Positions 37,341 through 48,284 of a stretch of DNA of 64,000 nt are shown in pieces (the first letter of the stretch is position 1; every line of letters begins with the position of its first letter). Source of the stretch: Puccinia triticina (Eukaryota); assembly GCA_026914245.1 (NCBI GenBank), contig CP110440.1, positions 3,348,001 to 3,412,000 on the forward strand, given 5' to 3'. The notes under the pieces are model-generated. The model was not told the origin of the DNA. It worked only from the letters and a program-made list of their open reading frames with translations, and did no database searches. The position numbers and the translations under genes are program-made.

Positions 37341-38556
37341 TCTCATTTTACAGTCTCTACATTGAGCGTACGTCTGCGCCCATAAAAGTTGGCATCTTTA
37401 GACACATTAATGTATAACTCACGCCACCTTTGACATACTGACAATGTGACTACCGGGCCTTGCAAAGCTTATCACCAGATGGTATATCGGAGACAAATCT
37501 CATTTCCAGTGTACTGCCATGCAACGGTTGAGCGACAAGAAGTCGTTCATACGCCGTAAACCTTTGTTCGAATTCCTTGATGGGGTTCAACCTTGAGGTG
37601 GGTAATATCTATTTTCTGAGTGGCACTATTGCAAAGTCAAACACGCCCGACGTGCTCGACCTAAGATTTAACAACGCGGTTCCCAAACCATCAGCACGAC
37701 ATTCGCAGGGCCGTGTAGTCCGTCGCCTGGTAATAAATGCTGTCGGTACTATCAACAGAATGACTCGCCTCGTATTGGAAGAAACCGGGGAACTCACATA
37801 CGTGATAGGCCTCACGCATTTTGCCGCAGTGAGTCACGGTGTATCCTTGCAGATGCCACCCGAGTCAATTGTGGTGCTGACGGATTGTTGATTAGAACTT
37901 GCCCAGCATCGTACATAGCACTTACATGATTGATCCTTCAACATCTCAAAACGTTTATTTGGCTGACGACGTGATGGGCCATCGAGCGTGGTTCACTGGC
38001 AGATTGATTGGTGGGAATTGGAGTACTGGCCAACCAGTGATCGTCGTGAGTGGCAGTCTGGTGAATAAGTAATGAAAATTTTGTCTACTCACATTGACAT
38101 CGGGAATGGGTGAAGGTAATCTCCGTTTGCATCAATTTTCCCAACGTGTGATCGCGTGATGTGTCGGTGTTGAGGACAGTTTTGTACTCAAGGTGCCTTG
38201 AACAAGAGTAGCGCTTTTTGCACGTGCAATGAGAAACATCGGGTTAATTTATCTTCAATTTTTGACCTGTGGCCCATGTAACTCTACAAAATACCGCCAA
38301 CGTTGAGCTGGAACTGAACACGTGTCAAAGATGACGCTCGGAGGACCAAGACCGCAGTAAGCTGGCGGTCGATCGTGGAATTCATGCAAATTTGTGTAGT
38401 GCCAGTCCCATTAATGCTCTATTCATGGACGAGTAGGCCAAGCTGTCCGCTATATATCAATATTTGCAGACCAGCCAGACTGCGGATAATAATGGCGAGG
38501 CATAACAAATTCATTCAAGTGCTGCTTTCGACATTAATGCCATCTTGTCGCACAAC

Positions 38557-39536
38557 ATGCCAAACAAACAACCTCCATTACGTCTTTGGCTCATCACCAT
38601 GAACACTCCGAAAGGACAAGAAGTCCAGATTCTCGTAGATGAACTGTCTGCGTGTTCCACCATCAATCTGGTTCACTTTGTCTGCAATGTACGGCTTGGT
38701 CACCAGAAGTCACCGGAGTTCCTCAAGCTTAACCCAAATGGCAAGTAACTATCCTGTTTCACTCTTGTCAAACTATTCAGTTGAAAGTATGTTCTGCAGG
38801 ACAAATACCACTTCTCATGGATAACAATCATGGTGCGATCAACACACCTTCGCGCCAATTCTGCGTCATGGAAACGGGCGCCATCGCAAAAGTTAGTCGC
38901 GCCGTTAATATGTTGAGTAGCAAATTGCCCGATGCTAATAAATCTACCTGAAACAATTGGTCAGTACTTGTGTACATTGATTGATCTGAGTAACAAGTTC
39001 AAGTTCGCTTGCGGGCGTGAACAATCCCAAATGGAAGATTGGATTGCGTGGAGCCTCTCAGATTTGAGCGTATCGGTGAACGAATGCATTCATTTCGTTT
39101 GTAAGTCAACCCCACAACAATAACTTCCCGACATTTTTGCTTATGCCGGTTTTCTCCGAAGGCTACGCAACGGTGAAGGGGGGTTACCCAGAACATCACT
39201 TTCAAAATATGGTGCTGGAAGCCTTCAATCAACTTGATACTCATCTCAGCGGGGCGCCGGGGAGCATCCAAAGAGACTACGTATGTGGAATCAATCGGGG
39301 GATATATTCCTTTGCAGATATGTTCATTTGGCCGTAAGTTCTGCACTTGTCTCAACATTGGAATGGAGGCGTACCTGACTGAGAACCGGCTGCAGCTGCG
39401 TAGATGGGTGAACATCAGCCACCTGTGCGGCTTTCAAAAGAATCCGCTGGACCAATACTCGTCACTTCATGCCTGGTTCATTCGTGTGAGATCGCGACCA
39501 GCGGTCATCATGGGGTGCTTAAGCAAGTACGAGTAA
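38557..39536 (+). CDS. Glutathione S-transferase, Ure2p/YfcG-like class, 238 aa, 5 exons, inside the Helitron
   Basis: Exons 38557-38740, 38800-38891, 38965-39100, 39162-39333 and 39404-39536 total 717 nt in one open frame. Motifs NTPKG, QKSPEFLKLNPNGQIP, METGAI..YL, YSFADMFIWPWV, LHAWFIRVRSRPAV. TATA-like TATATA at ~38451. Confidence 0.88.
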
Positions 39537-42500
39537 GTGAGGAATGTCTCAAATCTCCCTATTTGGGCGTTAATAATAACGCTTTGCAACGTACCGCACC
39601 GTTCCTGCTTTAAAGGCTTGGCAATTGATAGGACTCAAATGTGCCAACAGCAAGTCATCGACGATGGTTGTATTGCAAATGTACTCTTTGTGCTACGCTG
39701 TCCGCTATTTAACATGTATTGTAGTTGTGTCGCGCCTAAACCCAAAGGTTGGCCCACAATTGACGTTACCCTTCTCTGAATCCTCTGACGGAGGGTAGGG
39801 GGGGGGGGGGCAAATACAGTTGGGTGGAGGCGCGGCGGGTTGTGCCCCTGCGGCGGCGTAGCCGCCTTAAACTCTAGTCAATTTTAATCCACACATTTGT
39901 TAGAAGTGAAAAAAACCCTTTGGTTTTGAATCAACTAATTAAAAAAGGTTTATCAAAAACCAACTCCTTTGTTCTGGAAACTATAGGCCAAAGGGAATTT
40001 GTCATTTCATTCTGAGCTTCATTGATGTGAGCTGTACAATAGTGGTGTGAATTCATGTGACCCCAGTCACAGTCTAACTTGGCTGTGGAGAAGACTACTT
40101 TCTCCTCCGCCAGAGGCTCAGTTAAGGATGATCATTGTCATTACTACCATCATTGTCACCACTTACAGTTTTTACCAAGCCAGGTGGGACAAAACCAGAT
40201 CCCCTGGGGGACAAACAGTTTCCTCCATGCCCTGGGACCTCACACCCTTCACACCCACCTCTGTTGCCAGGGCCCTGTACCGGCTGTTCTGCGACAAGAG
40301 AGATGAGAATAGAAAAATGAGAAACTTGAGAGATGAGAAGAGTTAGAGATGAAATACAGCTCATGAAAAGAATGACCCAAAAAACCCAGTGAGTAGATTC
40401 AAACTTGTAAAAATGTTTCAAGAGCTGTTGGGTTGTATTGAGGATAGAATACTACAGCTACAACCATGAGTTTGATAGATGACAAAGCATCCGCCAAGAG
40501 ATATGCTGGAGATGTGTTGAACAAGGTTATAGCAGTGATTAAAAAACTAACTGCCAAAGTCAGATTGGCTTCAGAGGTTCTCAGGGCTGTATTTGCAGCA
40601 TATGCACCTTACTTATCTATCAGTTTCTTGGTCTAGTTCTGGTTGGAAAGTTTTAATTCATCTGAACTGTTTTTTAAACCATAATTTGGCTTCTGGCTCC
40701 TTGCTGTATCAATACAGTGAATAACTTCACACTTTCCCTTGCCAGAAAATATTTGGAATCCAGATTTGTTAATATATTGTACTAGTTGCTGCTGCAAGTC
40801 TTCATCCAGTCTGTGATCTCTGCTTTTCTGGTGTGGAAAGGCTGTCTGGGAGTTCCTACCAGGGCATTGGTCATCAACAACCCTTTGATACTTTGCTGTA
40901 ATTTAGAAAATTAATTTCTAAGGAACTGGTTTTACTTTTGATCTCATTGGCAAATCAATCCAATCTTGTTGAAAGTTTCAGAAAATCAACTCTTTGCACT
41001 TCCCTGTTTTCCTTGAGGCTTTGTTCTATGTCCTCATTAGAAAAAATCTCTCCTGATTCATAAAAATGCTTTATCTCTACTCTTGGAGCTCAAGAGTTCA
41101 TCCAAGGATCTGTGTTTATCTTGAAACAAATTTTTCACTTGCTTTATTAAATCTGGCTGGTGCTTGTTTTTGTCACAAGAGCATCCCCCTGTTAAAGGCT
41201 CAAAGTTTCCCAGAATAACATTGGAGAGGAGTGATCAGACAAGACTGTGTTATATCTGGGTTCCCTTGTATCCCATTCCTCTTTTCACCCTTTCTCATTT
41301 GACAGGTAACCACAGAAGAGGTGCCCAGGTTGCACAGTCCCCACTCACGCCTGACAAACACTTGCCCAGAAACTGGCACCTTCACGCAAAAATGGATGTC
41401 TTTTCAAGCAGCTTTCACCAGACTGGCAGCCGCGTGAACCCCCTACCCAGCAACCACACACTCTGCAGCGCGTAGACAATCATATCCACCACACGATCTT
41501 TGGAACATAGAAGCTCATCCCACCAAAGTCAATTAATTGGTATTGCCAACATGGTGGAAAATACACACAAAAAATTACAGATAAAACTAAAACATATCTA
41601 ATATTCAAAAATTAAACAAGAAAAAAAACTGCAATTTTTTTTCTCAAAGAAAAAAATAGAGGTTGAGGAACAATAGTAAGAGATCTAAACCAAACAACAA
41701 TGCACAAAAAACTATAAAAGATGTGATTCTTATATGTGGCATAGACAATGTGTGGAGTGAGTTCAGCATGCCTGATATCCAGGCCCTAGAGATGGTTGAT
41801 TTGAATCCAGGCACCCGCGGCATTCTTTTGCCATTTCTGGACATCCACATCCAATGGCGGGTACCCAAGGGTTTGGGCGGGTGTCCACACGGGTATCAGC
41901 AGATAACTGCACCTCAAAACAGGCTCAAGACAAAAAATAACAATTTTATTACTATAGATAATGACTGTGGTGACAGCATATCACTTCACTGTCACAGCAA
42001 TTCTCCTCCTCCCTATGCGGGCCCATCTGCTTCTCAATCTTGGTCACTACACCCTGGAAGCAAAAATTCAAAGGATCTCCAAATTGACTCTGGAGATCCT
42101 TTGAAGTTCCCGCCTGCAAGGCGGGTGTGTCTTGGACGGGTCAAACCAGCCTTTCAAAGGGACTCCAAAGTGGGATTCCAGAGTCCTTCAAATCCATTTT
42201 GGAGTTTCTCCAAGGTGGATATACACTTTGAGTTTTGTCAGAAGTGCACTTTGGAGAGAATACAAAACATAGTCAGAAAATCTCCCAAGTAACCTTGAAT
42301 AACAATCAAAGTCTAATGACTTCAAATGTTATTTGATTGAGGATTTGCACTCCATTTGAATATTATTCAAGTGGGACCTTCTGGGCCCACTTGTTTTATC
42401 AAATGATCCTCATCCCGGCTCGCCCCCGTGCATTGGGGACCCATCCAGACCAGCTCATTTTACCAATTGTTACTTGGATTGGTACATATATATTTTTTGC

Positions 42501-42815
42501 ATTCAATCTATTTAATCAATAATAATAAAAAACACTTTACAAAGTATTTTGGGGAAGCTTTATAATAAATGAATCATGTATCTGGTACTGTAGACTAGGG
42601 AGAGAGGAGGGGAGAGAAGACAGAAAGGATGTGAGAGATCAAGATGGAGGGAGCTGATAATGATTGACTCTTTGGATCTTGGGCCCAGGCCTCAATCAAG
42701 CTTATTTGGAACAGCAGCTATCAAGCCAAGCTTCACTGCAAGAAAAACTCTAGAAACTGCTTGCAGTTGAGATGAAGCAAGCTTGAATCAAGCCTCAGCT
42801 CAAGCTGGAGTCAAG

Positions 42816-45800
42816 CAACACTGCAACCGATGCGATGCGATGCATGTATCGGCCAATACAGCGCATTGCATCGGCTTGGCGATGCACGGCATCTACACAA
42901 TCGTGTATCGCATCGGCCAGCCGATGCGATAGCAATGCATTGCATCGGTTGGGCCGATACATTCATCTCAAAAAGTATGCATCGCATCGGTTAGCCGATG
43001 CGATGCCGATGCAGTATCTGGGGCATCGGGGGGGCTTTTTTTTTTAACTCCGAGTTGCAGGTAAACGGACAGGGAGACGGGTTCAGGTCAAGAAATGGAG
43101 AAAAAAGTTAAATACAACTTTGTATAGGGGAAGGGACTACTTGTATTTTCCCTTTCCGGCGTTCTCAGTAGTTGCTTTGGCTGGTCTGCGTTTTTTGGCC
43201 TGCTCTTCTTCCGCAGCAAGGTTGACTACCCTCTGAGCTGAAGCAAAATCGCCGTCCGCTTCATGTCCTTGTTGTAACCACTGGTGTGAACTTACACCTC
43301 GCTCAATTGTCCTTGCAGCTAAACTGCCTCGGTCGCGTCCACAAACGTCAGCGGCTGCCGAGAAGCATCGTTCCACCGTTGCTGAGGTGGCTGAGCACGC
43401 GAGGTAGTCTTTGGCCATTGAGGCCAAGACTGGGAACTCGAGTTGATGTTCCTGATAGGTACAACGGATGTAGTTTGATCAGTAAGGGTTCTGGAGCAGG
43501 ATGTTAAGATTCAAGAGAAAAACCGTACCTTCCACCACTTGAGACATTGCTCTCCTTGATCAGCTGGGAGTTTAAACTTGCCCAAAAGGTAAGTAGCCAA
43601 CTCGTTGTCCGGGGGTGTCTTGACAGCCCCTGGGAAAAAATCGATGTTCCGTCCTGGTCGACGATGTTTGTCAGGTTGGGTACTGGCTTCAACCGGAGGG
43701 CTTGAAGCTGTATTTGAGCCCAATGCAGCTTCAACTGACGCCTTTCGTTCGTTGTAGTGATGTTGGAGCATCCTATGCGCGCGGGTTTCGGAAGAGGGAA
43801 ACCAAATGTGGAAGATTGATAACCGATAGGCGGGGTTCAACATTGTGGCTAGGATGACTGCATCACAGTCCAAGGCTTCATTGAGATAGGTGGCCGTTTT
43901 TAATAGCATGGTGCGGATCATGCGTTCAAATTCGGGTTCGGTGACCGATTTGAGCTGTTCTCGGAGGAAATCCTTGATACCTTTGTATTCATATATCATG
44001 AGGCCGGCCGAGGAGTGATCCCCCTCCATCTTTTTCGTTACAAAGTAGAATTCCTAAAAAAGACTGATGTAATAAATGAAAAAATAAATAAAAACAGCCA
44101 TTGGGATGGACTTGAGGAAAATGAAAACTCACACCAAGTATATCATTCAATCTTTTGACTATATCCCAGTCGTCACGACTTATCTGCACCTTGTTAAAGA
44201 AATCCTTGCCGCCATGGCGCTCGATTCGGTCTTTCTCATTGTTGATCAATTGATTGATGATTGTTCGGCCCTGGTAAGCGCGGTCCCTGCTCTGCCACTT
44301 GACGTTCCAACGAATGCCATGGCCGGCAATGAGAGAGGGGCCAATATAATCAAGCTTCTTCGACCAAACGCTGAACTCTGATTGCTTCGCGGCTGAGGAA
44401 GTGATTCGGTGAATTACAAAATCGACGTTGCTCAAGACTGATGAGACTGTTGATGGTGTCTCCTCTGCCTCTGACTCTAAGTTGGCAGATCCATCATCTT
44501 CAGTGTCACTTCCACCAGCGGATTCATAGGAGAAGTTGTCGGGCAGTTCGTTGGGGAGTTCTGCTAGATCCTGGTCGTTCTTATCAGGCACCAATCCAGG
44601 AGCGTCAGTGGGATCCGCCACCTCGCAGGCCTCGGCTATCGTCCCCAGTTTGGGGACAAATCCAAGAGCGCCTCGTTTGTTCTCAGTCAAGCCATCGGTT
44701 CCCACGTCGATGGCTTTGAGGCCGGCAGTGAGGATCAAGGCGATCTTGTGGCAAAAACATCGGATGTGATTGTTGGTGAGGTCCATGTTGGTATTGGTTT
44801 CCTGCAGAACAATGTGATCTACCTCGGCAGTCATGGTTCGGTTATTTGAGCCAGAGTCGGTGGTTTGCGCTATAATGTAATTATAAATAGAACAAAAAAA
44901 AAAGGCAAAATGAGCATCCTTTTGAAATCAAGAAGAAGAAAATGAAACTTATCTTTTGCTGAAGCAATGACTTGATGACAATATTTGAAAAGGGTAAAGC
45001 AAGGTATTTGCCCTTGTGTGTCCAAGATATATACTTAAGAGACAAGTGAGATACCCGGTAGACCCAATCCTCATTGATATAAGTCACTGCGATCCCGAGG
45101 AACGCTTGCCGGTTGCCTTTGGTTATCCACGCGTCGTGGATCAGGGTCATTTTTGATGGTACAGACTAATCCAAGATGTAAAAGGATGTCAGAAATGATC
45201 GAATAAATCAGGAATACAAATGAAGTCAGCTTACCTGTAGGGTGGCCAACACCTTGGCCTTCAAGTTTAAGTACAGCCGATGCGCCTCCTCCGCAGCCCA
45301 AGTACGAGAGTAGAGTGTGATGCCTTTGCGAGCATAGTCAAATGCGATTCCCAGAAGTCGATCTTCGATTCGCATCCAAGGGAGGGAAGAACGGATGAGC
45401 CACATGACCACAATCTGGTTCAAGGTACGGTTGTCAAACGAAGTGTTTTTTAAGAATTTGGCCATGACACTGGAATCCGTATCCTTCTCCCGATTGGCGG
45501 CTGCTTGTTCTTTTGGAGTGATTGGCAGGTTTGCGCCAGAATTGATCGCACGTTTTCTTGCAGGGCAGGCCGCTCAAGTCAAGTTTCCATCTCGGTGCAG
45601 CTTCAAGTTGTGTCGAGTATTTTCCGCCTTCTTATAGACCTTTGCGCACCATTTGCAGGTGTAGAGGTTCTTGGGCCCATCGGGCTACCAACAAAAAACG
45701 TAGACATTAAACTTCTCTAACGTAGGATAAGTATTTTAATGACGATAGAAATTAAAGTGCGATGACTTACTTTTCCATCTTCATGTTTTGGAGACTCAAA

Positions 45801-46655
45801 GTAATCATTCACGTCGTCGAAGCCATCCACGGCCACGCCTTGAGATTTTTTGCTGAGTTTCTTGACCTTTGAATTATCGTTGTCTGAGTCCTGGGTCATG
45901 TCCATAATGGAGATGTCGGCATCGGGCTCGGAGGAGTCGACATCCACTATCTGTTTTTTTTTTTTTTGATTTTTGCTTCGTTTGTTTGGAAACAACTTGA
46001 GATGATGAGTGCGAAGGGGCTGATTTTTTTGGAGGTCTGCGGGACTGAGAGGGGGTTTTGGACTGGGTGGCTGGGGCCTCTTCATCCTTGTCATTCTCGT
46101 CATTGTCAGACTCGGAAGTATCGTCTCGAGTTCGTTTGGCTAGTGATTGTTGACTGTCATTATCCGGCCGGATGTAATTTCCATGAGCCTTGACTGGTGT
46201 GATGATTCGGTTGCTTTGACGGGATGGTGGACGGGACGGCCGTGGAGAGGCCGATGCGCGAGATCGTGCCATTCCTGGCAGTGGAAGCCTGGGGGGTGGG
46301 GGTGCCGAGGATGGAGGACTGATATCCACACCAATATCTCCAGTAGCGGAGATAGAAATGGCAGCCTGCGGCACAGTTTTGGCCATGAAAAAGGTTTACA
46401 CCCATCTAAACCCTATTCAGACATGTCTGACCGATACCAGCCAATGTATCAGTGTGTGCATCGGAATCAAACGTGCATCGCATCGGACCAGCCGATGCAC
46501 CAGCCCTAAAAGATGTGCATCGCATCGGCCATACTTTTCAAAAAGCCTGCATCGCATCGGTGGGCCAAAGCAATACCGATGCAGTGTATATGCGATGCAA
46601 ATCGATGCGATACAGCCCGATGCACGATACTTGCATCACATCGGTTGCAGCGTTG
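42816..46655 (-). mobile_element. Full-length hAT-superfamily transposon (3.84 kb) with 7-bp TSD
   Basis: TIR caac(a/g)ctgcaaccgatg. TSD agtcaag at 42809-42815 and 46656-46662. gcatcg/cgatgc subterminal repeats at both ends. Confidence 0.92.
43137..46272 (-). pseudogene. Spliced hAT transposase with inactivating lesions
   Basis: YTCKWC..NLKLHRDG (BED-like), LIHDAWIT, QTTDSGSNN, HIRCFCHKIALIL, IRWN, ATMLNP, KWWK, AKDYLACSATSATVERCFS. Frameshift in the poly-A at ~45960 and an in-frame TGA at ~45575. Confidence 0.92.
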
Positions 46656-46844
46656 AGTCAAGCACCCAAATTCTGTGCTGGTGCACCTTGAGTGTATACC
46701 TTGTTCAGCATCCCAATGCTGAACATTCTGTAGTGATCATGCAGTAGGCTAAGGCAAATGTTCAAACTTGAAAATGAGCATCCCCCTGAGCACCCTTTTA
46801 TTTTATTAAACACTCCATGTGCCATTGAATCCAGCTAGAATAAC

Positions 46845-47320
46845 ATAAAAAGGGTGTGTACACATGAAAGGGATATGTACATAAGAAATGAATATGTAAG
46901 CATGAAAGGGGAATGTGAGAAGGTATATTAACACATAAAAGGGATATTTACAAATTATGAAAGGGATATGTATACATGAAAGGGGTTTGTATGTATGAAA
47001 GGAGTATGTGCAGTAAGGGGTATTTGCACATGAAAGGGATATGTAAACATCAAAGGGGTATGTAAACCTGAATGATGAAAGGGGTATTGAAAGGGATGTA
47101 AAAAACTCAAAGGGGACATGTAAACATGAAATTTTCATGAACGCATGATGAAAGGGGTATGTACACATTGTGAAAGTGATACATGCACATGAAAGGGATA
47201 CACGCACATGAAAGGGGTATGTGCACATAAAGGGGTATGGACACATTATGAAAGGGGTGAATGCATAAAAAGGGATATGTGCACATGAAAGGGGTATGTG
47301 CACATGAAAGGGGGTTTTGC
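46845..47320. repeat. Degenerate ~20-bp minisatellite (catgaaaggggtatgtaca-like)
   Basis: About 20 diverged copies of atgaaagg(g/a)...atgt inside the CACTG element. Confidence 0.8.
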
Positions 47321-48205
47321 ACAGGTATCAACTCAGTATTTTGGTGCCTGTACTCAGTTTTTTGGAGCTTAGACTCACTCTTGCATAAATTATGAAATTT
47401 TCATGTAATCAACCAGTGCTTGATTCTTGCATGAGGCACAGCTTGCCTTGAGCTTGTGCATCTCAACTGCAAGCAGTTTCTAAAGTTTTTCTTGCAGTGC
47501 TGCAAAACCAGAATATTCTCTGTGTATCTATGTACATATTGCTCAGACTATTGGTAGGGCAAGGGTTGGGAGCTTCTTGCCTGATTAGCAGATTCAGATG
47601 AGTCTGGTAGTGGGGTTGCACACGCCACCCATGCTCCTCTACCAAACTGGGTACAAGGAACTTGCGTCAAGTTTGGCGTGAAGCGTCTCCAAAGGAGAGG
47701 CTTAGGACTAAAGTCAGATTCTTGGCCTGAGGCTGACGAGGGATTTTGAAGAAAATGAGCAATTTTGTACTTAAATTTATTTTATGATTAGCTCTACAGC
47801 TTTACTCCAAATCCCAGCTGACCATGTTTCAGCCCTTGATCTCAGCTATCTTCTACATATTTTTTCAAGTATTCTCAACAAAAGTTGGCTGCTCAGCAGC
47901 CATTCTTGCCAGGGCTGTTTCTGAGCAATGTGATGGACCCATTGGACCACTCGCTGGTCAAGATTGGACAGGTTCTCACGATTTTGGCTCACCAGACCTC
48001 CCAAGGCAGTTTTTTTACATCACAATTACTTCCAAGGGATGAGGATACAACTTTGATGGTATACATGGTAACATGCACAACAATGAGCTGATTCTAATGG
48101 TACTGGAGGCTGTGAAGAAATCTGAGGGGTATGTGGTGATATGTGGGTTAGAAGGATTTTTTGGCCATTTGGCTGGGCAGCCTCAGACCAAATGTTGGAC
48201 ATTAG

Positions 48206-48284
48206 GCACAAGTCCCTCCCGCAAGCGGGGGGGGGGGGGGGGGGGGGGTGCTTGCGCCCCGCAAGCACAGGGAGGGACTTGTGC
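48206..48284. repeat. Mini hairpin element with a G22 run
   Basis: 15-bp perfect inverted repeat gcacaagtccctccc / gggagggacttgtgc. Poly-G at 48227-48248. Confidence 0.6.

Larger units (their letters stand above)
36392..37361. mobile_element. tRNA-bearing TRIM (Helenus-like) in a fold-back three-LTR arrangement
   Basis: 215-bp LTR (TGTTGAG...CTCTACA) at 36392-36606(-), 36814-37019(-, lacks the first ~9 bp) and 37148-37361(+). PBS GGTTATGAGCCC at 36802-36813(-). PPT agcaagggggggg before the 3' LTRs. Non-coding internal region of ~207 bp. Confidence 0.9.
36207..38046 (+). pseudogene. Spliced beta-strand-rich hypothetical gene inside the Helitron (OB-fold-like by inference)
   Basis: Exons MATSNNNLPFNLVQLIYNPTFALLRAT|gt, ..SVLPCNG*..YAVNLCSNSLMGFNLEVGNIYFLSG..LVINAVGTI..YVIGLTHFAA|gt, and ag|NLPSIVHSTYMIDP..AWFTGRLIGGNW..PVIV|gt. 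In-frame TGA at 37529 plus the TRIM insertion. Confidence 0.5.
35456..39877 (+). mobile_element. Non-autonomous Helitron (~4.4 kb) with cargo genes
   Basis: 5' A|TCTATTATATAC at 35456. 3' hairpin GGCGGC-GTA-GCCGCC (39852-39866) then ttaaactCTAG|T at 39877. Sits between A and T with no TSD. No RepHel ORF seen. Confidence 0.8.
42734..47499. mobile_element. CACTG-terminated (CACTA/EnSpm-like) non-autonomous element hosting a nested hAT
   Basis: 41-bp TIR cactgcaagaaaaact(c/t)tagaaactgcttgcagttgagatg with 1 mismatch. ~0.9 kb without the hAT. TSD unclear. Confidence 0.8.

Noticed and set aside
40047..42300. ORFs of 99-209 aa in AT-rich sequence
   Set aside because: No motifs, and they overlap decayed repeat fragments. 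A gene call cannot be supported.
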